Of a stretch of DNA of 64,000 bases, positions 50,710-62,474 are shown in pieces. This stretch comes from Octopus sinensis. Lineage: Eukaryota. Position numbers and translations under genes: made by a program. The notes beneath the pieces are model-generated. The model did no database searches. It saw nothing but the letters and a program-made list of their open reading frames with translations, and was not told the DNA's origin. The stretch covers positions 62,992,001 through 63,056,000 of the forward strand of contig NC_043000.1 in assembly GCF_006345805.1 (NCBI RefSeq). The letters are read 5' to 3'. The number at the start of each line of letters is the position of its first letter. Position 1 is the stretch's first letter.

Positions 50710-51950
50710 TCGCGTCATCCCATAAGTTCTGTCCGATTTTACCTTTTTTTAAAATTGAATGAAATTTAATAGTATTTTAGAATGTCTAATGGAATTTAAA
50801 ATTATTTTTATGCATTTGTGTACATTTAAACTAATTGAATATTATTTTACAGAATAGTAGAATTAAAATTTCTTTGATTAAAACCCTCTCTAACATGGGA
50901 GTATCCAAAGAGCATTTGAGGTACATAATGCTTTATAAGTACAAAATAGGAAACTCTACAGCCGAAGCGACTCGAAACATACACTTGCAGAAGATGGTTT
51001 GCAAAATTCAGAAGTGGAGATTTCAGCCATGAAGATGAAGATCAAACAGGACATCCTGTTGAGTTTGATGATAAGCTCCCTGAGGCATTAATTGAAGTAA
51101 ATCTTGCATTATAAGTTGAAGAAATGGCAATAAAGCTTAATTTAAACCATACAACAGTTCATCGTCATCTTCAACAACTTGGAAAGGTTCTTAAACTTGG
51201 TAAATGTGTGCCTCATGAATTGTCCGAAAGCAACCGCAAATCTCGAGTTGACATCTGCTTTTCTGTCCATTCTCGCGAACTCATTTCACCCTTTTTGGAT
51301 AGACTTGTGACTGGTAATGAGAAATGGATCTTCTATCGAAATGTTAAACGTCGTAAACAGTGGCTTGGTAAAAGGGAAAAAGCTCAACCACAACCGAGAA
51401 GAGAACTTCATGTGAAAGAGATTCTTCTCTCTATCTGGTGGGATTGCAAAGGAGTAATTCACTTTGAGTTGTTACAACCTAATGCAACAATCAATGCTCA
51501 AGTCTACTGTCAACAATTGGAACGTTTGAACCAAGCTTTGAAGGAAAAAAGACCCACTTAAGTGAATCGAAAAAGAGTGATGTTTCATCAGGACCCCACA
51601 CTGCAAAGATCACATCACAGAAGATCGAAGATCTTGGCTGAGAAAAAATTCTTCATCCACCTTATTCTCCAGACCTTGCTCCTTCAGACTACCATTTGTT
51701 TCGTAGTTTACAGAATCATTTGGGGGACATAACCTTCGCCAGCCAGGAGGTCGAAACTAACATTTCAGAGTTCTTCATTTTGAAACCAAAAGAGTTTTAC
51801 ATTGATAGGATTAAAAAGCTTGTAAATAGATGGAAGGGTGTCATAGATAATCAGGGAAAGTACATAGTTGATTAAATTTCAATTAAATATAACATTTGAT
51901 CATTTGTTTTCTTTATTCAAAATGCAGACAGAACTTATGGGATGACCTGA
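50710..51950 (+). mobile_element. Full-length mariner (mellifera-like), transposase pseudogene
   Basis: TIRs tc(gc/ag)gtcatcccataagttctgtc with TA flanks. Motifs: EHLRYIML, CVPHEL, LVTGNEKW, LLSIWWDCKGVIHFELL, HPPYSPDLAPSDYHLFRSLQN. Confidence 0.9.
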
Positions 51951-51952
51951 TA

Positions 51953-52330
51953 ATTGGAGAATATGCTTTGATACTGAAGTTCATGCAGGAAACTGCTTTG
52001 TTAATGCAGTCTTCGGGTTTGTTGATGTTATACCGAAATGGTATCCATCTTCACCATTCACAAAGAGCATTGGATACGGGAGCGCATCGTAGGATGGAAT
52101 TCCTACAAAACCTCTTTGTAAACAATATTCTTTGTTTTCTCTTGTGGAACAAATGCAAATAGATCTTTTTTGCTTCCCATTCTAGAGCTGCCAATATTTA
52201 ATTTCTCGTGTGAGAACCATGATTCTTCCAAGTGAAGTTCTACCACAGACAGTGTTTAACTCTGGGATTTATTGATAGACATTGCAAAGCTGATACGAAT
52301 AGGAAATTGCACTCTTCTGAATGAAAATGG
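51953..52330 (-). mobile_element. Helitron RepHel fragments: helicase C-terminus (52103-52330) followed by a Rep-region piece
   Basis: FRRVQFPIRISFAMSINKSQ..FSH..SSRMG..KTKNIVYKEVL* then PSYDALPYPMLFVNGEDGYHF. Confidence 0.85.
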
Positions 52331-52699
52331 ACGCCTGTACCTGTTTATATATGAATTTGCCTAAGGTGCTGTGCAACGTGATTGAACCTGGGCCACGTGA
52401 TTGCAAAGCAAACCTCTTAATCCCACAACCATTCCTGCTGCGAGTTTACATCTTGCCCTATGATGGTCACAACAAACATATCAAGATATCACCACATACT
52501 TCTTTCACTATTTATGACCACAAAACTTTTGTTTTGATAGATCTGCTCAGTTTGGCTCACAGATCTTTGAGCCAAAGGAATGCACGGTGCTGACTAGTAG
52601 AAATGGACTGAAAGTTGTTCCTCTTCGATTACTATCGCAAACAGCATTAGCTGTCTTCAGCCGAATACACGTCGTTGATTGGTTGAAATTACCTAAATA

Positions 52700-52845
52700 C
52701 AACTTTAAGACGAAATAACTTCTAAAATACCAAATTTTGTCAAAGTTCAATGTTCAAAGTAAACCGTGTTCTGCCTGAGACGTTCCACCAGTATACAAAG
52801 TATCAAACTGTTTAGTTAAAAAAAATTAATTTAAAAACCTGTGAG
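52700..52845 (+). repeat. Unclassified interspersed repeat with a second copy at ~63180-63320
   Basis: acaactttaa.acgaaataacttcta.aatac.aaattttgtcaa..taaaccgtgt..ccagtat.caa..tgtttagttaaaaaaaatta is shared by both. Confidence 0.7.
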
Positions 52846-54383
52846 TCAAACTGAACATCTGTATGGTCCAGTGCATTGATTTGCCCAGAAACCTATAAGG
52901 CTTCTTAGATGGCCTTGTACTGGATGCATTTGTTCATTGTAAGAGTTTAACGTCTGAGTGAAATGAGGCTTTATCTAGATCGGAGTTTTTTAACGTAAGC
53001 GATATCACCTGCCGGAGGGTGATTTTTGCTCTTGGGTTGGTGGTAAACGAATGTGCAGAAAATGATTGGCAGTTTGACAATTTTCATATACATGTATAAT
53101 AATAATTTTGGTGGCTTGTATAGGATTTTGAGCACTAATATCTGTAATTAACAATCAACTGCAACATTTTTTATGTATAATTTACCAAGTAACACTGTGA
53201 TATCACATTATGTAGGTGCATATGTTTCTGTAGGCGTGCATTCATCTGTACCACGCTCTGTAGCTTGTTGTGTGGTACGAAAATTTCTCACGTCTTTTAA
53301 GAATGAGATATTTCAATTAGCAGTATCATCGAAAGAGCATCGAGTTTTTTAAATAATAAATAGTTTAGTTTCATACTTGGGAAGGTTACCTCAATCTACG
53401 AGAAACTATATTTCTTTTACAGGTACATTTATACAACAAATAAGTAAAAATCAGAAGATCCATAAATAACACAAGAAAATGTTAATCTTGAAAAGTCTTG
53501 TTGAATAAGTTGTTTTCTGTCTCATTGAAAAAAGTGTATTCTCTGTATTTTTTTTATATAAAACTGAGAGATTGTTCAAAAAGATCAAGTGAGACTAGAT
53601 ATAAAACTACACGGTCGTTTAAGCCAACAATAATTACACTAGACAGCAACCGCTTAAAGTAATTTGGATTAAATGGTGCTGGCAGTTGCTAACTGCTCGC
53701 GGAAAATATGACAAATACATTAAATAGAAATTTATATAACACTCGGTAAAGAAAGTTGCATACAACTCTCTGTAGATTTCTATCTAGATGGTAATGAAAT
53801 TTTCATAATTTTATTTTTCTAGAAAGGTAGACTAGTCTCTGGGAAGCTGTAACAACCATCATTAACTTAATCCTTTTTCAGTGCTGCATAATTAAATTAC
53901 AGTTGGAACTACAATTCAGAATAGTCTAGAATCAGATTAGATGTTGAATCGACAGCTGATAGGAACATGACCACTGTAAATGACGTTTATTTAACTTCGA
54001 CGTTTTACTTTAGCATTGCCTGAAAATTTTATATTTTCACTCACTCGGGGACTGATTTTTACTTTCGTGAATGAACTTAAGAGATATGAAGGAGCAAAAA
54101 GACGTACATTCAAAGCAAATAAAACAAAGTACCATTACAAACCAAAACAAGACGTCTTCTTCAGAGGAAGAGGTTTTCACCCAGTAGCCTACATTTCCCT
54201 CACTTTAAAAACCCTTACAGCCACTACAACTACCTTACATCCACCGCATCTCATTCAGTGATTGTTGACCTAGCCTACATGCAAGCAGTCTTCATTGACA
54301 GCTCTTCCTCCTTTCTAGTTTGTCTGCTTTCCTTTGACATAAGGCTTCGTATGATGCTCTCCTCCTCCTATTCTCTCTTTCTT

Positions 54384-54460
<77 letters not shown>

Positions 54461-54814
54461 CTTCGCCCCGTCATTCCCTGAGACATTTAGTGGGAGTCAT
54501 TGAAAGGTTACGCTGGACATTCTAGTGTAATTATAGAAAGACGTCAAGTAAGTGCACTCAAGGCTACTGAAGAGCTGCTAGACTGTCTAAGCTTGGCAGC
54601 AATGTTTCAACCGGAAAAGACAAGAATAATAATAAATAGACTCAATTAATTTTAAATGATTGTTATTGTTATTTTACTTTTTACATTTATTGACGTTACT
54701 GTAATTACAACAGCAGCCTCTGCAGTAGTAGCAGCGGCTGCAATAACAGCAGCAACTGCAATGTCGGTAGCAAGCTAGTCTTCTAGTATAATTCCATTCA
54801 CGTACAGGATGTTT

Positions 54815-55212
54815 ATTCTTTTATTTTATTTTTTTACTTGTTTCAGTCATTTGACGGCAGCCATACTGGAGCACCGCTTTAAAGGATTTTAGTCGAAGAA
54901 ATCGACCCCAGGATTTATTCTTTGTAAGCCTTGTACTTACTCTATCGGTTCCTTTTGCCGAACCGCTAAACACACTAGCATCGGTTGTCAAGCGACGGTT
55001 GGGGTGAGGAGGACAAAGACAGACACACACTCACAAATATATACATATACGACAGGCTTCCTTCAGTTTCCGTCTACCAAATCCACTCACAAGGCTTTGG
55101 TCGGCCTGGGGCTATAGTAGAAAACACTTGCCCAATGTGCCATGCAGTGAGACTGAACCCGGAACCATGTGGTTGAGAAACAAGCTTCTTACAATGCAGC
55201 AACTCCTGCGCC
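54815..55212 (-). mobile_element. Full-length SINE-B
   Basis: Collinear with other family B copies. Confidence 0.85.
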
Positions 55213-56215
55213 TAATAGGTTTTTTTTTAAATCTACCCGAGTACTTAACTAGCACTATATTTAATCGGCCTCTGAATGATGAAAATCAATGCTGACCTAC
55301 CGCGGCAGGGCTTGAACGTAAAGGTTCGTAAATAAAAACTGTCTGTTGGCTCAGACATGTCAACTTCCACCCTTGGTAGAGCAGCTGACACCACTAAGCT
55401 GGCCTCCATAACAGTGCGTATGTATGTACAAGAGTGCATGTACTAGTAAAGCTTCTTGGTATTAAGAAGCTTTACTAAGAGCCATTAAGAGAGGTTTTAC
55501 GAGCCTCTCTTAATGGCTCGTAAAACAACTGTGGCAAAGTCTACAACAGTTAAGCTATACAGTCAAAATTGAGTCTGTAAGCCGACAGACTTTTGTCTCC
55601 CGTAGTGCTAAGGAATTGACCATATGCCACTGATTTCCATTGAAGTAGAACGTAACAGACACAAGATTCAAGTACTTTTTCAAGTTTGTCATTTAACGAC
55701 ATTATTATCTTAGAATGTTTGTTTATTTTCCTAAATGTTGAGACAAATCAGTGATTAAAGATGGAGTGAATAAAGGCTTCTTTATTTTTTTACTTTTTAT
55801 TTCCATTAATTTACTTTTGGTATTTTCTCATTTGTATCTCTATATATTTCTGTGTTATCCTTTGTCAATGAATTTTAAAACTAATATAATGGTGTGAGTA
55901 TAAAACAAAGAGAAACTAAAGATGATTTAGCAGTGACGTGGACCACCACTCACCTGAAGACGTGCATGTATACAGCGATTGTTAGATCATATTAAAGCAA
56001 GATGTGTATAATGTAACATTCAGCAAGTACCAGCCGACAATAATGAGTAGAAACTGTTGTAGTGATTTGTAATAAAACCTATACATTCCATCTCTCCATA
56101 TCAAAGTTCTATATACACTCTACTGATGCTCGCGGATTTCTATATATATATATATATTGCCCCAGCATGGCCACAGCTCATTAGCTGAAACTGGAAAAAT
56201 CAAAATCAAATCAAA

Positions 56216-56276
<61 letters not shown>

Positions 56277-56283
56277 ATATATA

Positions 56284-56320
56284 TACTATCAGTTAAGCCC
56301 GGTTTCACCCGGTCTATTTG
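56284..56320 (-). mobile_element. Possible Helitron 3' terminus
   Basis: Reverse strand gaccgggtgaaaccgggcttaactgATAGt gives an imperfect hairpin and a mutated CTAG, next to (TA)n. Confidence 0.35.
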
Positions 56321-57365
56321 GATGATGTGGGTGTGATCGTTTTCGGTTAGGTATAATCTATAACAGCATTTCTCAACCTTATCATTTCGGGTCCCCTGTT
56401 TTGATTGGAGCCTCCCTCCTTGTCAGAAAACAGCTTCAGGAGTTGTGAAGAAAGAATTTGTACGTAGTCTGTTTCTGAGAGCTATTCTATTGGACCTCTG
56501 TCTAATCATTAAAACATTGATTTAATTATGAACATAGAAAGAAATTATATATTAATGCCAATTTTGTAAGCAGTTGTATCCGTAAAAATTTTATTTGCAC
56601 AAATTGAAAGAAGATATATAAAATGGATGTGTGTGTGTATGTGTGTGCGTATGCTTGTGTGTGCGTGTGTGCTTGCGCGTGTGTATGTAAGAGAGAAGAA
56701 GAGAGACAGCATAGCGAAAGTTTTGGCTGACTATCATCCTGTACTCCCCTTGTTGCTAGCGAAATGGTATATGCCGGCTGTGCGAGCAACTGGTTGTTTT
56801 AATGGTGGAATAAACAGGGGAATTCCATTAGAAAAGTTGTAATCGATTTTCTCGGTAAGTATGGGGGCTATGAAAAAAATACAAACCGCATTCCAATGTA
56901 TGCACCCGTCTGCATATGTGTGCTATTTTTCATGCGAATCCACCTCAAGACAAGAAAGAATACAACGATCGCTCATGTCTGTCGTTACTGTCCTGTTTTT
57001 GATACCATTTTTACCCATCTGCAAAAAGATCTCAAATTTTATTTGATTTGCTTTTCGCAGGAAGGAAAGTTTCTATCGAAGATACATCTCGCCTTCACCT
57101 TCGAAACGTAGAGTAGATGAAACCATGGCGACTGAAGAAGGGGTTTTTTCCTTGTATTATTTGTCCTGTACTCTACTTTTTTTTGTTGTTTAAGAAAAAT
57201 GTCCAGTTCCTTGGGTTTGTGTCTGTGTTTTCGTTTCTCATTGTGTTCGACGTTTTTTTGGTGTCCTGTACTCATATATGCGTGTATATATACATGTAGA
57301 GGTAGGTACGTACATATATGTATATATATATGCATATGTTTTATTTATTAATATATTATATATAT

Positions 57366-57427
<62 letters not shown>

Positions 57428-57519
57428 TACATCTATATATATACATGCATATATACACTAGTGTGTGCTTGTGTAGGTTTGTGCGCATACACATTTATGT
57501 GTACGTATATATATATATA

Positions 57520-57846
57520 TATATATTAGAAAAAATGAGGTAATCAGATCGGATGGTTCATATTTATAGATATTTATTTATATATTACATTTTTACATAT
57601 ATATCTCTATCATATCATTCAGATCATATCATTCGGATTATTAGCGCTTTCTCCCAATCCAGTGGGGTTTTCAAATCAATTTGATTTGATTTGAAAACCC
57701 CACTGGATTGGGAGAAAGCGCTAATAATCCGAATGATATGATCTGAATGATATGATAGAGATATATATGTAAAAAATGTAATATATAAATAAATATCTAT
57801 AAATATGAACCATCCGATCTGATTACCTCATTTTTTCTAATATATA
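57520..57846. repeat. 327-bp palindrome (~160-bp arms, 6-nt loop tttgat, one 1-bp indel)
   Basis: Arms 57520-57679 and 57686-57846 were checked base by base; the only difference is a T5 versus A6 run. Confidence 0.97.
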
Positions 57847-57847
57847 A

Positions 57848-59080
57848 TACCTGTACATCATCTCCAAACCTTCCAATATATATGACACCTCCACACTCAT
57901 TCGTCTGGCCGAACTTGTCCTTACTCTGAACTGCTCCTCGTTCGCGGGCGAGTTCTACCATCAGGTCTCGGGAGTGGCCATGGGAACGCGAATGGGCCCC
58001 AACTATGCGAACCTGTTCGTTGGCTATGTTGAGGCCCAAATATTCTCTAATTTCACTGGTCCCACTCCTGAACTATATGGTCGTTACATTGACGACATTA
58101 TCGGTGCCACCTCACTCTCCCGCGAACATCTAGATTCCTTCCTCTCTTTCGTCCAATCTTTCCATCCAGCCCTCCACTTCACTTCCACTATCTCCAACAC
58201 CTCTGTCTCCTTCCTCGACATTTCGGTTAGCATTCTTCACTCCACTCTTACCACCTCCATTCACTACAAACACACAGACTCACACTCATACCTCAACTTC
58301 TCTTCCTCCCACCCAGAACACACCAAGCTTTCCATTCCCTATTCCCAATTCCTCCGTCTACGTAGGCTCTGTAGTGACGACCATGACTTTGAGACTCAGT
58401 CTCAACGTATGGCTCACCACTTCACCCTACGTGGATACCCCCTCACCACTATCCACACCGCCCTTGCCAGAGCACGGTCCGTGGACCGTGTATCTGCTCT
58501 CTCTCCCCGAACCCGCCCTGTAGTCTCCCGCCTCCCTTTTCCCCTCACTTACCACCCCACGACCCTACGTCTCCAACGCACCATTCTTCGAGCTTTCCGT
58601 CATCTCCAGTCCGACCCGTCCACTTCACACCTCTTCCCTAACCGACCCCTCCCCTCTTTCAAACGAGCCCACAACCTTCGAGACCTTTTGGTCCATAGCT
58701 CCTTCCCTGACCCTACCTCCCAACCCGGCTCGTTCCCCTGCTCCCGCCCACGTTGCCGCACTTGCCCTTACCTCTCCAACACCACCCGCCTCACTAGCAC
58801 CCACCATCGACCCTATCCCATCATCCACTCCTTCACCTGCACCTCCAGCAATATTATCTATTGCATCTCTTGCTCTCTCTGCAATTCCTTGTACATCGGA
58901 CAAACGGGACGCCGCTTGGCTGACCGGTTCGCGGAACACCTTCGTGACATCCACCTTGCGAACGACACACCGGTCTCACGCCATTTCCGCTCCACCGGTC
59001 ACTCCTTGCAACACCTATCTGTGTTCGGTTTGTCCTTACACAGAGGCCATCCGGATTCCCGTTTGCGCCGTGAACAATAA
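57848..59080 (+). CDS. Penelope-like (Neptune-type) RT + GIY-YIG endonuclease, 5'-truncated, one premature stop
   Basis: GVAMGTRMGPNYANLF, RYIDD, FLDI, YKHTD..YL..SSSHP, the CxxxxCxxC linker (CSRPRCRTC) and IIYCISC..YIGQTGRRLADRFAEH. After the TAA the frame continues LIFSLRSYTPFGLN. Confidence 0.92.
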   Translation, partial: YLYIISKPSNIYDTSTLIRLAELVLTLNCSSFAGEFYHQVSGVAMGTRMGPNYANLFVGYVEAQIFSNFTGPTPELYGRYIDDIIGATSLSREHLDSFLSFVQSFHPALHFTSTISNTSVSFLDISVSILHSTLTTSIHYKHTDSHSYLNFSSSHPEHTKLSIPYSQFLRLRRLCSDDHDFETQSQRMAHHFTLRGYPLTTIHTALARARSVDRVSALSPRTRPVVSRLPFPLTYHPTTLRLQRTILRAFRHLQSDPSTSHLFPNRPLPSFKRAHNLRDLLVHSSFPDPTSQPGSFPCSRPRCRTCPYLSNTTRLTSTHHRPYPIIHSFTCTSSNIIYCISCSLCNSLYIGQTGRRLADRFAEHLRDIHLANDTPVSRHFRSTGHSLQHLSVFGLSLHRGHPDSRLRREQ

Positions 59081-60123
59081 TTAATCTTCTCTCTTCGCTC
59101 TTATACGCCATTTGGTCTCAACTCTCCCCCCTCCTCATCTAACCCCCCTCTCCCCCCTCCTCACCTATCCTTTCTCCCCCGACCCCTACTTATTCAGTCC
59201 TTCATCCTTTCACCCCTACTCCCCTTCCCTTCTTCCCTCTTTCTCCCTCCCTCTTCCCCTTCCCTCTGCTCCCTCACTCCCTCTCTCCCCTTCTCTCTCC
59301 CCCTCTCCCTCTTTCCTCCTTCATCCCCCTCCTCCCCTTCCTTCTCCCCCATCCTCTCCTCTTCCCCCTTCTCCTCCCCCTCTTCTCCCCCTCCCCTTCT
59401 CTCCCCCCTCTTCTCCCCCTCCCCCTCTTCTCCTCACTACACCACATGACTTTACACATCACATCACATATGATGTGCCATACTAATACACACACCAACT
59501 AATACATACTAATACGTACTAATACATACTAGTACATACTAATACTTACACCAACCCTATACATACACACGTCCAGACCCCGCATACGCACTTATACTCT
59601 CTCATACACACACACACACACCTATACATACCAATACGTACTAATACATACTAATACATACTAATACATACACCAACCCCATACATACGCACGTCCAGAC
59701 CAATCCTACGCACTAATACTCTCTCATACACACACACACACACACACACCCTTATACATACTAATACATACACCAACCCTATACATACACACATCCAGAC
59801 CCCTCCCACGCACTATTAGCTGGTCCCTCAACCCTTTTATCAACCCTATTATCTCCCCTTATTTCGCTCTCGCGTCTCATGTTTGATCTTTGACCTCTGG
59901 CCGAAATCAGATCGCCATGTTGATTCGTTAGCTACTGCACGCATTTTTTTTTCTCTCCTTCTTTCTCTGTTTTTCTCTCTCTGTGTATCTTTCTGTTGAA
60001 GAGCGTAGGCTCGAAACGTTAAAGACTTGTTTTATTTATATTTCCTGAGCGCCATACTAATACAATTGTTCGTTTGTTTTCCACCTGCCTTCGTCTTTTG
60101 TTTATTTTCATAAAGCTTCCCGT
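57884..60123 (+). mobile_element. Neptune-type Penelope element: ORF, C/T-rich tract (59110-59445), modular repeat (59470-59815) and pseudo-LTR ending at (TA)n
   Basis: Architecture seen directly; the pLTR contains a hammerhead-like motif. Confidence 0.8.
59988..60025 (+). ncRNA. Minimal type-I hammerhead-like motif with A6U core (CUGUUGA)
   Basis: tcttt CTGTTGA A GAGC-gtag-GCTC GAAA CG T T aaaga. Stems I and II are perfect and stem III is the palindrome AACGTT. Confidence 0.6.
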
Positions 60124-60334
60124 TATATATATATATATATATATTGTGCTTATTGTCCTGTATCTCTCCTTTTTTTTTTTGCTTGTCTTGTTCCTTGGTT
60201 TGTGTCTATGTGTTTCGTCTCTCTATGTGTTCGACGTCTTTTTGGTGTCCTGTACACATATATGCGTGTATATGTACATGTAGAGGTAGGTACGTACATA
60301 TATGTTTATATATATGCATATGTTCTATTTTATT

Positions 60335-60384
<50 letters not shown>

Positions 60385-60652
60385 ACAGAAAGCACATAAA
60401 TGTGGAACAAGGTGGGAAAAAATAGTACTCGAATACCAGAGCTAGAGTTATATGTTTTATTATTAAAGCTGCAAACGCATCACAGAATATCACAAAAACT
60501 GCTACTCAGAATTTCACGTTCCCGTATGTTTTTTTCCTTTTAAGCTATTATTTATTTTGATTTAAAATTTTCTTCGATTTTAAACAATACGATATTTAAA
60601 CTTTTTAATTTCTGATTGTTAAGAATGTATTTAAAAGACCAAGATAATATTC

Positions 60653-61036
60653 TTTTCTACTCTAGGCACAAGGCCCGAAATTTTGGGGGAGAAGACCAGT
60701 CGATTAGATCGACCCCATTACGCAACTGGTACTTAATTTATCGACCCCGAAAAGATGAGCTCAGCGGAATTTGAACTCAGAACGTAAAGACAGACGAAAT
60801 ATCTATTTCTTTACTACCCACAAGGGGCTAAACACAGAGAGGACAAACAAGGACAGACAAACGGGTTAAGTCGATTATATCGACCCCAGTGCGTAACTGG
60901 TACTTATTTAATCGACCCCGAAAGGATGAAAGGCAAAGTCGACCTCGGTGGAATTTGAACTCAGAACGTAGCGGCAGACGAAATACCGCTAAGCATTTCG
61001 CCCGGCGTGCTAACGTTTCTGCCAGTTTGCCGCCTT
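60653..61036 (-). mobile_element. Dimeric SINE-A with 19-bp target-site duplication
   Basis: aaagaccaagataatattc occurs at 60634-60652 and 61037-61055. A full monomer with a LINE-like tail is followed by a headless second monomer. Confidence 0.9.
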
Positions 61037-62044
61037 AAAGACCAAGATAATATTCATATTGAAACATGTAACATTACTACAGTACATTTTATATATTGTA
61101 AAATTTACTGTAGTTTGCACACCTATTTTCCCAGAAAATACTTTTACATAACAATATACAAAATTGACAAAGAAAAACACGAATAACACCCAGAGATTGT
61201 AGTATTGGTCTGCATTGGCAAAAATTGCATTTATTAGTTTCAAAGCAAAGTAACTTGAAAAATAGGTTACATCTGTATTATATTAACAATAGCATATTAT
61301 TTTCGTTTCAAGTGAAAAGATGTGTCTATATATGAATATCTTAAGTAACCGTTTACATGGTGTCCAATAACATCAACGTAATAATTTAATCAGTATCCTT
61401 TTGCATGGAATTGTTAATGATAAACATCTTGTTGATATATAATTCTGAGTCATAAAGGTCATACAAGCCATCGTTTCCCGCTCTTTGTTATACGTATAAT
61501 AAGATATTAGGTATCCAAATCTACATTATTCTGTATGTATGTACGTATGTATGTATGTATGTATGTATGTATGTATGTATGTATGTATGTATGTATGAAA
61601 ATGTAGTGGGGGGTGCATGTCCTTGTAAAATGTTATTTGAAGGAAATTTAGTTGATGTTACTAATAAGGTCGAGCGTCTACTTCGAAGGCTTTTTGTATA
61701 ACCGAAATGATATCCACAAAGTAGAACGTTGTTAATAGAGGAATATTCTAGGATAAAAGACATATCAGCCGAGAAAATGACGTATTTTTCGTAGGTACGT
61801 CATCTAAGGTGTCCTTTTTTAAAGACGGTAGAACAATGTTCCCAACATGTTTACTCATACTAAACCTTTGAAATACATCCTTCAGGCAACAATTAAACAC
61901 ACACACACGCGCGCGTGCGCGCATGCACGGATCAACGGTAAAGAAAATTGGTAGGGCCTTTTAAAATAAGCCCTGTTGTAATTATTTTATTATATATTAA
62001 ATATTCCAGAAACAAGAAATAGAAATACTCGAAGTTCGCATGAT

Positions 62045-62271
62045 GCTCATGCATACCAGCCTCCCGTCTCAAGTGATGTTATCCAAGGGAAAGGTAAAAG
62101 CCGATACAGCTTGGCACCAGTGACATTGCAACTCATTTCTACTGCTGAGTGAACTGGAGCAACGTGAAATAAAGTGTCTTGCTCAAAAACACAACAAGCC
62201 CTGTCCGGGTATCAAACTCAAAAACTGATGAGTGTGAGCCCGATGCTCTAACCACTGGTGCATGCGCCTTC
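62045..62271 (-). mobile_element. SINE-C variant with a different 3' body
   Basis: Shares the head and the ttgagcaagacactttatttcacgttgctccag domain with 6613-6860. Confidence 0.75.

Positions 62272-62474
<203 letters not shown>

Noticed and set aside
57070-57150. Hammerhead (GAAACGTA ... CTGAAGA)
   Set aside because: The motif order would need a type-II fold, but stem I does not form and gaagg/ccttc pairing would sequester the core.
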